From positions 1-23,485 of the forward strand of contig CAXXSM010000040.1 of NCBI GenBank assembly GCA_963663405.2: a DNA stretch of 23,485 nt, written 5' to 3'. The position numbers and the translations under genes were made by a program. Numbering within the stretch: position 1 is the first letter of the stretch; every line of letters begins with the position of its first letter. Shown here in pieces: positions 1 to 9,133 of this stretch. This DNA comes from a bacterium (GTDB lineage Bacteria > Hinthialibacterota > Hinthialibacteria > Hinthialibacterales > Hinthialibacteraceae). The notes under the pieces were generated by a model that had not been told where the DNA came from, searched no databases, and saw only the letters and a program-made list of their open reading frames with translations.

Positions 1-50
1 TCGGGCTTCCCGTCAAGGAACATCTGATCGTCGAATTGTATTCGAAGTAA
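1..50 (+). CDS. rpsD: 30S ribosomal protein S4, 3' end (partial)
   Basis: The frame starting at 3 reads GLPVKEHLIVELYSK-stop (TAA 48-50). IVELYSK is the typical S4 C-terminus, and the position directly before rpoA matches the alpha operon order. Confidence 0.93.
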   Translation, partial: GLPVKEHLIVELYSK

Positions 51-282
51 CACATCATTTGGGGAATGTAAAAATCAAAAATGTCCCTAAGTGGATTTCT
101 TGAATCCGGTTTGTAAGACTGTTGTATTTATCAATTTTGGCTGAGAAAACCATTCGGTTGAGTTGCGTTATAGGCTGGGAATCGAGATTCGAAGACCGGC
201 GCCGTAGCGATCCAGCGACCGGATGGGATATATAGATCGCCTTTCGATACTATTCTGCAAGCCAAATGGAGAAAAGTAACCC

Positions 283-1368
283 ATGAAATTTAAACCGGTT
301 GTGATGCCTGGTCGAATACTGTTCGATCAAGAAACATACACAGAACGGTATGGCAAGTTTGTTCTTGAACCCTTGGAACGCGGCTTTGGAACCACACTCG
401 GTAATTCTTTAAGACGTGTTTTACTCTCTTCCATTCAGGGATCGGCAGTGAAAGCCGTACGAATCACAGGTGTTCTCCAAGAGGCTTCTTTCATTCCGGG
501 TGTCGTGGAAGACGTCACGGATATCATACTTAATTTAAAACGGCTGCGAGTCAAGAATTTTCGGAATGGACCTGTTACTCTGTATCTTCAATCTAAAGGG
601 GAAGGTGAAATCACCGCCGCGCAGATTGAAGCGAATCCCGATATTGAGATTTTGAATCCCGATCTACACATCGCCACTCTCGATAAAGATGGGGAGCTGG
701 AGATGGAATTGTACGTGGATGTTGGGCGTGGGTATCTATCCTCCGACCGGCAGGCCAAACAGGCCGACACGTATCCTGTTAATACGATCCTGATGGATGC
801 GATTTTTACTCCGATCGAGCGGGTGAAATATACGGTGGAAAATGCCCGTGTCGGGGACATCACGGATTACGACCGCCTCATCATGGAGGTTTGGACGGAT
901 GGCGCCAATACACCGAAGGACGCAGTCGCCTTTGCGGCGAAGATTATGAAGGACCACTTGATGCTCTTCATTTACTTCCCCGATGAGGATGAAGCGCCTT
1001 TGGAAGGGAAGGATGAGGAAGAAGAAGTCGTCAATCCATATCTGTCAAAAGGTGTGGAAGAGCTGGAACTTTCCGTCCGCTCGTTCAATTGTCTCAAAGC
1101 CGCAAACATTAAATCCGTCGGAGAACTTGTGCAGAAGACGGAAAGCGAAATGCTGAAGTACCGGAATTTCGGAAAAAAGTCCTTAACGGAAATACGCGAA
1201 GTACTGACGAAATATAATCTCCGGCTGGGGATGGATATCTCTCAGCTCAAAAGCGGATCCACTCCTCCAAAACAGACACCTCTAGCGATCTTAGAGGAGG
1301 ATCTGGATGATGAAGAGTTTGAAAAAGCGATGCCTGGCGCGGACGAATTTGGTGAAGATGAAGAATAG
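283..1368 (+). CDS. rpoA: DNA-directed RNA polymerase subunit alpha
   Basis: Motifs EPLERGFGTTLGNSLRRVLLSS, GVVEDVTDIILNLK, DAIFTPIERVKYTVENARVG and the alphaCTD LELSVRSFNCLK...RNFGKKSL. Preceded by a GGAGA RBS. Confidence 0.99.
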   Translation: MKFKPVVMPGRILFDQETYTERYGKFVLEPLERGFGTTLGNSLRRVLLSSIQGSAVKAVRITGVLQEASFIPGVVEDVTDIILNLKRLRVKNFRNGPVTLYLQSKGEGEITAAQIEANPDIEILNPDLHIATLDKDGELEMELYVDVGRGYLSSDRQAKQADTYPVNTILMDAIFTPIERVKYTVENARVGDITDYDRLIMEVWTDGANTPKDAVAFAAKIMKDHLMLFIYFPDEDEAPLEGKDEEEEVVNPYLSKGVEELELSVRSFNCLKAANIKSVGELVQKTESEMLKYRNFGKKSLTEIREVLTKYNLRLGMDISQLKSGSTPPKQTPLAILEEDLDDEEFEKAMPGADEFGEDEE

Positions 1369-1477
1369 ACATTGACGTGGTTATGGATTCCTCTCAAGGA
1401 TGATATGCTTACATCTAATGTATACGCCGTCAGGTTTTAAAAACGTATAGCAAAAACTTTTGGAGAATAGTATAATC

Positions 1478-1852
1478 ATGAATCACCGCAAAGCAGGACG
1501 AAAACTAGGACGCACTTCTTCGCATAAAGAAGCGATGCTCGCGAATCAGGCGACCGCTCTCTTCCGTCATGGAAGAATCAAGACTACGTTAGCGAAAAGT
1601 AAAGAACTGCGGCGATACGCCGAACGGTTGATTACGGCCGCGAAGACCGACACCGTACACGCCCGCCGGCAGGTTGCGAAAAAGATCGGCGATAAATTGA
1701 TCGTGCGGAAGTTGTTTAATGAGATCGCGCCGGAATTCAAAGAGCGCCCGGGGGGGTACACGCAGATCTTTCAATTGGGACCACGCCCCAATGACGGCGC
1801 GCCGATGTCCTACATTCAATTGGTGGGATACGTTCCGCCCGAAGAAGAATAA
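1478..1852 (+). CDS. rplQ: 50S ribosomal protein L17
   Basis: MNHRKAGRKLGRTSSH...IKTTLAKSKELR...ERPGGYT...DGAPM. Start moved to ATG 1478, which has a GGAG RBS at about 1462-1465. Follows rpoA. Confidence 0.98.
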   Translation: MNHRKAGRKLGRTSSHKEAMLANQATALFRHGRIKTTLAKSKELRRYAERLITAAKTDTVHARRQVAKKIGDKLIVRKLFNEIAPEFKERPGGYTQIFQLGPRPNDGAPMSYIQLVGYVPPEEE

Positions 1853-1877
1853 TCCTGCATTTCCTGTAAGGAGAAAG

Positions 1878-1906
1878 AAAAGGGGCGCTGGTTTCGCGTC
1901 CCTTTT
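1878..1906. terminator. Probable bidirectional intrinsic terminator between convergent genes
   Basis: AAAAGGGGCGC-tggtttc-GCGTCCCTTTT forms an 11-bp stem (one G-U pair) with A/T runs at both ends. It lies between the rplQ stop and the convergent stop at 1941. Confidence 0.8.
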
Positions 1907-1940
1907 GTTATTTGTCAAATCCACTCGTTTCTAATTTCTT

Positions 1941-4300
1941 TTATTCAATAAAACCGTAGTAGAGTCCCATGTAATAGGGAAGCAGGAAGACGGCTCCACT
2001 GGCCAATCCATGGCCGTTTCCGCCGTAATTCAGCGTCCAGGGATCCGTATTCCAATGGTTGAAAAAGCGTTCCTGAACGGGGAGAACTTTTCCGTTTACC
2101 CGGTATCCTCTGGGACGGCTCAATCGTCCATACGGATCGGAGGCGGCGTATCGGGAAAGGGAGATCAAATCCAGACGATGGTCGTTGCGCCGCGCCCATT
2201 GTACCCGGTCTAAGGGGAATCCTTTTAATGTCGAAACCGCGTCATGCAGCCATCCATCCCAGGGGGAAAGATCGTTTTTTCCCCAAGGATCTTCATACGT
2301 GGCGTGAATTCCGCAGGCGGCGTAGGCGAAGTTGAAGAATGGATTCATCTCTGAAATTCGAGAATCCAGTATTGATAGAAGGCGTATGTCATCTCTTCGC
2401 GCAATTCCTCATCCTCTGTGTATTGGATAAGATTATAGAAATTCATGATGGCCATTTCATCATCGGATTGATTGCCGGAACCGATACCGCGTTGAATTTT
2501 AGCAACCATCGCGTTCGTGTCGAAGGCGTGTTTTTCCCGCAGTTCAAGGGACGCTTTTCCATATTTTGGATCGCCTGTTATGTGTTCCGCTACGGCTAAA
2601 TAAGAGAGGATGCTGAGGGAATTCAGGCCGCGTTCATTTTGCCAGTTGCGGTTATGATTAAGGGAGGCTGGAGAGTATATCGCCCAGCGCGTTGGTTTTC
2701 CATCGTGGTCGATCAGGCGATAATCATTTCGGACCAAGTGATCGGTGATGTTTTGGACCACTTCTCGCACCCGTTCTTTTTCTTCCGGCGTATCGGCTAC
2801 GAGATCGTAATAGAGGGGATAAAAGAAATAATGGCCATCGAGTTCATCCGAACTTGTATCGGTTTTGTACCAGTATTTTTTATCCTTTGTGAGCACCCAC
2901 CTGGGAGAATAGACTTTCCACAGCGCGTCTCCTTGGGCGCGTGTTTGTTTCATGCCTTCGATCGTGTTACCTCCGCGTTGGTTTGGATCAGGCTCGGTTG
3001 TGGGAACGACGGTTCGGGCGACAAATCCGGGTTGTTGTTTCACTTCTCCACCCACAGGGGCTGCGCTGAGAAATCGGAGCGCTTCAAACGCTTGCTTGGC
3101 GCGGGTTTTGGCTTGGGGATCTTTCGTAACGGCGTAAGCGAAACACTCACCCGCTCCATACATACTTGTCCAGAGCCCATCGTTGTCGCTGTCGGAATAA
3201 ATGATTTTGCTTTTATCACCTGGATTGGGCAGATGGACTTCGGAGGTATAACCGTATTCTGTCCGCTTAATGTATTTTTCTATCTCTTCTTCATAGAACG
3301 TGGCTTTTTGGGCGAGTGTCATGGGACGCCGCTCGATGAGGCCGAGTCCGGCGGGGGTGGCGAACCAGGCGTGTCCTTCTGGTGAGACCGCAATGTCCCG
3401 GACTTCATCATGGGGCAGCCACGCATGTCCTTGGCGGTAGGCCCACTCGTTTCCATCAAAGCGGATAGCTCCGATTTTTGTTCCGAACCAGAGTTCGTTC
3501 TTCCATCCAATGCGCAGGCAAGTGAAATCATTGTAGGGAAGTCCCTCGCGGCCTGTGTAAAGAGTCCAGGAGGAATCAAGGCAGCCAACGCCTTGTGGGC
3601 TAGCGAACCAGAGGCGGTCTTCCTGATCGAAGGCCACGCTCTTGACACTGCGGGGCGCCCAGCTGCGTCCTTCCTTGCTGGATGGATAGAGGGCGGTCCA
3701 TTTACCGCCTTTGTGTTTTAAGAATAAACCTGATTCCGCCGCTACGGCGATGGAATGCTGAGAGTTACAGGCGGCCGCGTAGACAATCTTGTTTTCTCCA
3801 AGAAGAGCGTGAAGTTCTTCATCAAGCCAGGAATGGTTGTTCCGAACGCGATAAAGACCGTCGCTAGAGGCTGCGTAAAGCAGATTGCTATCAGCGGCCG
3901 CTAGATCGTGGATCGTACCGGTTGGAAGACCAGCGATTTTACTTGCCGTTCCAGAACTGATGGAATAGAGTTCCTTGCCGTAAACCGCGAGGATGGTATC
4001 GCCTTGTGCGATTATTGCCTGGACGGCGGCATTGGGAATATCGGTAATCGTAGACCATTTCTCCTCATTCCATACCGCCAATCCGTTCGTTGTGCCAGCG
4101 TATACGGTTCCATCGGGCGTAATGGAAACACAAGTCACATCATTGGAAGGCAGACCGTCTTTTTGGGTGTAGATTGTAGAGACTTCCTGTTCGTAGACAC
4201 CGATTTTTTCGCAAGGGATATTAGTATCTTGGGCGTTGGAGTCTGTTCCCCATAGGGCGAATAAGATCAGCCAGGGGATGATATATCGATTCTGCGTCAT
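1941..4300 (-). CDS. Secreted protein with an N-terminal beta-propeller (two-component-regulator-propeller-like repeats) and a putative (alpha/alpha)-barrel glycosidase-like domain; split by a 1-nt frameshift near 2353
   Basis: ATG 4300 has an AAAGGA RBS and a signal peptide (YIIPWLILFALWGTDSNA). Repeats DGLPSNDVTCV..GTTNGL, EGLPYNDFTCL and WLPHDEVRDIAV..ATPAGL. The C-terminal half has the acidic motifs DSDNDGLWT, DTSSDELDGH and SDDEMA. ORFs 2345-4375 and 1941-2348 join as ...WILEF(P/S)EMNPFFNF if one base is added (about 786 aa). The barrel assignment is an inference. Confidence 0.7.
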
Positions 4301-4457
4301 TGAATTTCCTTTCTTTTTGAAGTATGCGTAAAAAAAAGAAATGTAAACATCAACAAGGTAATGTTTACATTTCATAGTGATTGCGATCTTTATATCAGCC
4401 TTATTGTATTGGTAATTGATATCAGATCAAAGGCGGTTCTAATATATCCGCGTTCCT

Positions 4458-5800
4458 TTATAAGTCGTATGGCTTTCGTTGTTCACGGTCGAGGTATTGG
4501 TTCGCTTCGGGATCGTTGACGAACATTTCCATTTCGGGATCCCATTCCAGTTTTCGTTTGACCCAGCCGCAGATGTTGCCTAAGTGGCAAACCGAGACGG
4601 AGCGGTGGCCGATCTCTACATCGCAGATCGGGCGTTGACGGGTTTTCATGCAGTTGACCCAATCTTGGAAGTGATCGTTGCTCTCGTATAGATGTACGTC
4701 GTTGGAGGTCAGCGGTTCTTTAGGATTTCTTCCGGTTCGCATTTGATCCGTCCCCGGTTGACGGAGATGGAGCCTTTCTCGCCGTTGAATGTGACGCCGT
4801 ATCCCGATCCCCCCATGTTGACATAGATTCCATTGTCGTACGTGTATTTGAATTTGAAACTTGTGAATGTTGTATAAAAACCGGGTTTGGTTTCGGCGGT
4901 ACCTTCGACGAAGCGGGGGCCGCTTCCATCCATGCCCAATCCCCACTGGGTGATATCGAGGTGATGGGCGCCCCAGTCGGTTACCATACCGCCGGAATAG
5001 TCGAAGAACCAACGGAAATTCACGTGGCAGCGCAGAGGATTGTAGGGAACTTTCGGCGCTTGACCGAGCCACTTTTCCCAATTTAGTCCCGGCGGAACCG
5101 GTTCATCCGGCACGCCTTCCCGCTGGGGGGCGCCGCCTACGGCGACGTCGACGTGGCTGATCTTGCCTAAGCGTCCGCTTCGGACATATTCGCAGGCTGT
5201 ACGGAATTTTTCATCGGAACGCTGCTGACTGCCGGTTTGGAAAATGCGGCCTGTTTCACGGGCTTTGCGCACGATGGCGCGGCCTTGGTTGATGGTCAGG
5301 GAGAGCGGTTTTTCTCCATAGACATCTTTCCCGGCGTCCATTGCGTCGATGTAGGTTTTCGCATGCCAATGATCCGGCACGGCGATCATGACCGCGTCGA
5401 TGTCTTTACGATCCAGAAGCCGTTCGTATTCGGCGTAGGCTTCAACCGCTTTATCCGGCATTGGGTAACGAACCGCCTCAGAACCCCGGCCTTGGATCCA
5501 TTTTCGGTCGACTCCCATCTGGTCGTCCAGGAAACTTTGCGCTTCCAGCAGGTAGGGGCGGTCCAAATCGCAGATCGCGGCGATCTCGCATTCTTTGCTG
5601 CGGAGGGGGCCGCCAATAATTTGCATGCCCCGCCAACCCAATCCAATCATACCGACTACGATCTTATCGTTAGGCGCAACTTCTCCAAATATGGAATTGG
5701 GGACAAACGCCGGCGCCGCGGTCAACGCTCCCAGGCCGGCCACCGTTTTCCCTGCTGTTTTCAAAAAAATACGGCGTGATGTTTTTTTTGTATCGGTCAT
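4458..5800 (-). CDS. Tat-exported Gfo/Idh/MocA family NAD(P)-dependent oxidoreductase; split by a 1-nt frameshift at 4719-4721
   Basis: ATG 5800 has a GAAAGGA RBS. Twin-arginine motif TSRRIFLK, Rossmann VGMIGLGWRG, PDHWH, YGEKPL, QTGSQQRS and DWGAHHLD. One extra A in the AAA run joins the frames as [48 protein letters not shown] (about 447 aa). Confidence 0.9.
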
Positions 5801-5873
5801 CAATACATTCCTTTCTTCCCGAACGTGGGATTCCATTATTCAATTGTAGAGGGAAGGAATTCATTTCTACAGG

Positions 5874-5887
5874 TTAGGCTAGCCTAA
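5874..5887. promoter_or_regulatory. Perfect 14-bp palindrome, candidate operator
   Basis: TTAGGCTAGCCTAA in the spacer between the two oxidoreductase genes, about 75 bp upstream of ATG 5800. Confidence 0.35.
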
Positions 5888-5913
5888 TCCAAACGATTCT
5901 CTTCATTCACAGT

Positions 5914-7212
5914 TTATAGCGCAGGTAACGCATAGGGCGCGCGGTATTCTTTGGTGAGATATTTATTGGCTTCTTTGTCGCTCCCAAAAGTTTCTGTTTT
6001 GGGATCGAAGACGACATCGCGTCCCAACCGGCCGCAGATGTTGCCGATATGGCAGATCGTCGTGCTGAGACGGCCGATTTCCACATCGGCGTTGGGCCGT
6101 TTACGGCTCTTGACGCAGTCAAAGAAATTCTTCATATGAGAACCGCCGGACGCTTCGTCACTCTCGATCACTTTTCCATCATCTTTGCTATAGACTTTCC
6201 ATCCCCTTGATCCGATAATCATTGTCGCGTCACTGCCGTAATAGCCGATTCCGCCGCCGATTTGTTCGACGGGGTGATGACTTTGGAAACTTCGCAGTTC
6301 CCATGCGAGCATCATGTTTCCATAGTCGTAGGTTAATGTTTGGGTGTCGGGAACCTCTTTGCAGTCATCGAGCCAATAGATTCCGGATTGGCCGGAAACG
6401 CGAGTGGGCAGGGCGTTGTCCATGCCGCGCATGGCTTCGATGACCCACATTGCGATATCCAGCATATGCACGCCCTGGTTGCCCAATTCGGTGTTGCAGT
6501 AGTCCCAGAAGAACCGCCAGTTGTAGTGAAACCGCAGTTTATTAAAGGGACGTTGTGGCGCGGGACCAAGCCAGCGGTCGTAATCGACGCCAGCGGGCAC
6601 GGCTTCATCCGGCGGATTCCCGAGGGAGCCGCGCACCTGGCACATCCACGTTTTAATCAAACACAACACGCCCAATTTTCCCGATGCGGCGTATTCGACA
6701 GCGGATCGAAAATGATTCATGCTGCGGCGTTGGGTGCCGACTTGGAAGACGCGGTTGTATTTTCGCGCCGCGTTGCGCATCAGATGGCCTTCGTGAATCG
6801 TGTGTGATAGGGGTTTTTCGCAATATACATCTTTACCCGCCTGACAGGCTTGGATGGCTTGGATCGCATGCCAATGATCGGGGGTGGCGAAAACCACCGC
6901 GTCGATGTCTTTGTCCTGCAGGGTTTCCTGATAGTCTTTGGTCGAGCCAATCGGTTGGTTTTGTTGCTTGGAGAATTCCGCGCAGAATTTTTCGATGATA
7001 GCGTCATCGATGTCACAGAACGTTTTGATTCTTCCACCTTGTTCAATCGCTTCTTTCGCGAGTCCACGTCCCCGGTTTTGACCTCCGATAAAGGCGAGAG
7101 TGACTCGGTCGTTGGCGCCGATCGCGGAGGGATTTAGATTAACGAGGCTTCCAGCCAGCAGGGAGGCGGCGCCGGTTTGTTTTACAAACGTTCGGCGGTT
7201 TTCGGGTTTCAT
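5914..7212 (-). CDS. Tat-exported Gfo/Idh/MocA family oxidoreductase
   Basis: ATG 7212 has an AAAAGGAG RBS. Tat motif ENRRTFVK, ATPDHWH, DVYCEKPL, QVGTQRRS, GNQGVHMLD and NFFDCVKSRKRPNADVE (432 aa). Confidence 0.93.
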   Translation of the reverse strand: MKPENRRTFVKQTGAASLLAGSLVNLNPSAIGANDRVTLAFIGGQNRGRGLAKEAIEQGGRIKTFCDIDDAIIEKFCAEFSKQQNQPIGSTKDYQETLQDKDIDAVVFATPDHWHAIQAIQACQAGKDVYCEKPLSHTIHEGHLMRNAARKYNRVFQVGTQRRSMNHFRSAVEYAASGKLGVLCLIKTWMCQVRGSLGNPPDEAVPAGVDYDRWLGPAPQRPFNKLRFHYNWRFFWDYCNTELGNQGVHMLDIAMWVIEAMRGMDNALPTRVSGQSGIYWLDDCKEVPDTQTLTYDYGNMMLAWELRSFQSHHPVEQIGGGIGYYGSDATMIIGSRGWKVYSKDDGKVIESDEASGGSHMKNFFDCVKSRKRPNADVEIGRLSTTICHIGNICGRLGRDVVFDPKTETFGSDKEANKYLTKEYRAPYALPAL

Positions 7213-7318
7213 ATTTGTTCTCCTTTTTAATTGTTTGTACATTCTGGAAAACACCACGCTTATTGAAATGATTGGAGTGAACAATGGAAGATTGCCCGTC
7301 ACGCGGTGTCTCGTTTTT

Positions 7319-7924
7319 TTAGTTAAACTTATTGTTTACGATCACATCCGCAAGGCTGAGTTGTCCTAGCCGGGGCCACGCTTCTTGTATCCCTTTTCCG
7401 ATCGCGACGTACATGGCGATGACATGATCTTGTGGGAGCTGAATCAGCTCCGCGACCTTGTCAAAATCAAAACCATCCATAGGGCAGGATTCATACCCCA
7501 TTGATTTGGCCGCCAGCATTAACGTTTGCGCGGCGATGCCACAGGAGCGCATGGCTTCGTCTCGTTGGACTTGATCCTTTCCCCTATAATATTGATCTAA
7601 AGCGGGAAGTATGAAATCCTGTATTTCCGCTGGGGCTCCCGCCCAGTACCGGTGGGGTTCTTTTTCCCAAGCCTTTAAATCCGCACAGAGTATGATAAAT
7701 AACGACGTGTCGGTCACTTGGGATTGATCCCAAGAAACAGCCCTGATTTTTTTTCGCAAGTCAGGATCATCGACCACAACAAATCGCCAGTTTTGAATAT
7801 TGAAAGCCGTGGGGGAGAGAATCGCTAATGATAAGATCTTTTCGATTTCTTCAGGGGGCATACGGTGGTTTGGGTCATAATGCTTAATAGCCCGGCGGGT
7901 TTGAATCGCTTCGATTGTATCCAT
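7319..7924 (-). CDS. Nitroreductase family FMN-dependent oxidoreductase
   Basis: ATG 7924 has a GGAG RBS. AIQTRRAIKHYD, SPTAFNIQNWRFVVV and AAQTLMLAAKSMGYESCPMDGFD are typical nitroreductase motifs. Confidence 0.93.
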   Translation of the reverse strand: MDTIEAIQTRRAIKHYDPNHRMPPEEIEKILSLAILSPTAFNIQNWRFVVVDDPDLRKKIRAVSWDQSQVTDTSLFIILCADLKAWEKEPHRYWAGAPAEIQDFILPALDQYYRGKDQVQRDEAMRSCGIAAQTLMLAAKSMGYESCPMDGFDFDKVAELIQLPQDHVIAMYVAIGKGIQEAWPRLGQLSLADVIVNNKFN

Positions 7925-7981
7925 CCTATCATCTCCACTCTTGCTTGCGTGGGTGTCTATAATATCAGACAAAGTGTCCAG

Positions 7982-8000
7982 TATGAATATTCATATTATA
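7982..8000 (-). promoter_or_regulatory. Perfect 14-bp palindrome abutting a -10 box upstream of the nitroreductase
   Basis: TATGAATATTCATA at 7982-7995, with TATAAT on the minus strand at 8000-7995. No clear -35. Confidence 0.4.
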
Positions 8001-8272
8001 TTGTTGACGCTTTAGGAAGAAGGCTTACACAAGGCGCCTTTTTTTTCTTTGTCTATGATGGCCGACGCTTCTTTTTTTATTCTTTCCTCTTTTCTAAGCC
8101 GTTGCTTGCCTTCGGCCCCGATAATACAATGGATGAAGATATTATCAGCGGGATCGCCGCTCTCTTGATCATAGAATACGGGATGAAACACGCGGCTTCC
8201 GTCAGGGGGGCGAACTGAAATAAATAATCAATCGCAGCTCCTTTGGTTTGATAATTTAATGGATTGAACGGT

Positions 8273-9037
8273 ATGGACCAGGATCGAAATATGGATGAAC
8301 TTTCACGGAATCTCTCGTTCGAAGCGTTGGAGAATGATGATCCCATTGGGGCGGAAACGCTTCGACGGATTTATAAATTGGATAATCTCAATCGTTGGAT
8401 GTGGTCCCGCATTGACGGCTGGATTGGCGAGCGGGTAATGGAGGCGGGTTGTGGCACGGGAACGATGACAGAATTTTTACTCTCCCGTTCCTATGTCTGT
8501 TGTGTTGATTTGAATGCGAAGCACCTTGAGCGGTTGAAAGAGAATCTTGGATCCAGTGGAAAACTGGAGACGTTTCAAAGCGATTTGCAGGATATCCGGT
8601 TGCGTGAATTGGCGGATCGAAAGATCGATACGATCGTTTGTTTGAATGTGTTGGAGCACATCGAGAATCAAGAGATTACACTGGATCATTTTCGCTCGAT
8701 CCTTCCTTCCGGGGGGCGGTTGATTCTTTTGGTGCCTGCGTACCGGCGCCTGTTTGGAACGCTTGATTCCGCGCTTTCGCATCACCGGAGGTATGACCGG
8801 AAGGAGTTAACAGGCCTTTTGGAAGCGCATGGTTTTAACCTTATTCATCACCGGTATTTGAACTCGTTTGGGATTCTCGGATGGTGGTTGAATGGAAAAG
8901 TTTTGAAGCGGGAACTTCTTCCATCCGGGCAGTTGAATTTATACAACCGGCTGGTACCCTTCTTCATGAAAATAGAGGATTGGACCGGACCGCCATGTGG
9001 GCTGTCGCATGTCGTATGCGCGGAGAAGGTTGATTGA
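8273..9037 (+). CDS. Class I SAM-dependent methyltransferase
   Basis: Motif I VMEAGCGTG, IDTIVCLNVLEHIE, ILPSGGRLILLVPA and HHRRY. The start could be 8264, 8273 or 8291. Confidence 0.88.
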   Translation: MDQDRNMDELSRNLSFEALENDDPIGAETLRRIYKLDNLNRWMWSRIDGWIGERVMEAGCGTGTMTEFLLSRSYVCCVDLNAKHLERLKENLGSSGKLETFQSDLQDIRLRELADRKIDTIVCLNVLEHIENQEITLDHFRSILPSGGRLILLVPAYRRLFGTLDSALSHHRRYDRKELTGLLEAHGFNLIHHRYLNSFGILGWWLNGKVLKRELLPSGQLNLYNRLVPFFMKIEDWTGPPCGLSHVVCAEKVD

Positions 9038-9133
9038 AGGATCGGCGGAGACGTTTAATCGATCGCAATTAACGCTGTATTCCACACGTTCTGTTCCTCG
9101 TCATTAGGCCCATCAGGAAGATTGATTTCTATC

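Noticed and set aside
2345-2360. Programmed frameshift or a genuine two-gene ATGA overlap at the 2345-2348 junction
   Set aside because: The ATGA overlap is compatible with two genes. However, the second ORF looks like a continuation of the same domain, has no clear RBS, and similar 1-nt breaks occur across the window, so an indel is the simpler explanation.
2639-3385. 248-aa plus-strand ORF and the other short ORFs nested in the large genes
   Set aside because: Antisense or alternate-frame shadows of genes that have clear motifs.
4722-5081. N-terminal part of the 207-aa ORF 4458-5081 as a separate gene
   Set aside because: Only its last ~85 aa look protein-like, and they are the frameshifted C-terminus of the oxidoreductase.
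8012-8240. Possible small minus-strand ORF (GTG 8191 to TAA 8012, 59 aa) with an AAAGGAG further upstream
   Set aside because: No recognisable motif, and linking it to the RBS would require assuming another indel in a G6 run. Not enough support.
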